From NCBI GenBank assembly GCA_000708835.1, contig DF236958.1:428694-474224 (forward strand): DNA of 45,531 bases, given 5' to 3'. This document shows, in pieces, positions 45,334-45,531 of this stretch. Under the pieces are notes generated by a model, which made no database searches, had not been told where the DNA came from, and saw only the letters and a list, made by a program, of their open reading frames with translations. This stretch comes from Klebsormidium nitens. Its lineage: Eukaryota; Plantae; Klebsormidiophyceae. Numbering within the stretch: the stretch's first letter is position 1; the number at the start of each line of letters is the position of its first letter. The position numbers and the translations under genes were made by a program.

Positions 45334-45531
45334 GACCTCGACGACTTCTGCCTCGCAGAGGACCAGCCAGGAGGGCCGGGAGGCGAACCACCGGACCCGA
45401 ATTCGCCCCCGGACGACAACGAGGTGGCGGCAGCCGAGGCCTTGCTCTCTGCACGCCGACGTCTAAACTTTGACGAACCACCCCGACCCGCCGACGACGG
45501 CGCAACACTGGCGGATCTCCCCATCGACCGT
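45328..45531 (+). CDS. Possible 5' part of an ORF running off the window (acidic/Pro-rich; may belong to a mobile element)
   Basis: MLDLDDFCLAEDQPGGPGGEPPDPNSPPDDNEVAAAEALLSARRRLNFDEPPRPADDGATLADLPIDR, no stop before the edge. There is an abrupt rise in GC after the AT-rich repeat. Confidence 0.35.
   Translation, partial: MLDLDDFCLAEDQPGGPGGEPPDPNSPPDDNEVAAAEALLSARRRLNFDEPPRPADDGATLADLPIDR

Overview
Eukaryotic, intron-rich nuclear DNA from a green-lineage organism. GT-AG spliceosomal introns, a plastid trigger factor, a long P-class PPR gene and a cilia-type NEK suggest a streptophyte alga such as Klebsormidium (inference). Nine gene models were built by hand from splice sites and reading-frame phase. 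(1-3) Three paralogues at 1-8566 encode secreted precursors: signal peptide exon, propeptide exon containing R-x-L-L-Q, a 6-Cys domain I do not recognise, and a Pro/Thr-rich tail. (4) A 12-exon NIMA-related kinase. (5) Mitochondrial cytochrome c. (6) A Tas-type aldo-keto reductase. (7) A Rieske-fold protein with two CxxC motifs in place of the CxH/CxxH ligand pattern. (8) Plastid trigger factor. (9) A 6-exon disordered hypothetical protein and a ~20-motif PPR protein complete the set of genes. Also present: two assembly gaps, inverted arrays of a 21-bp AT-rich unit near the right end, and an ORF running off that end. No rRNA, tRNA or CRISPR array was seen. The strongest candidates for undescribed biology are the RxLLQ/6-Cys/Pro-Thr secreted family and the all-Cys Rieske variant. 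No database searches were run, so novelty is unverified.
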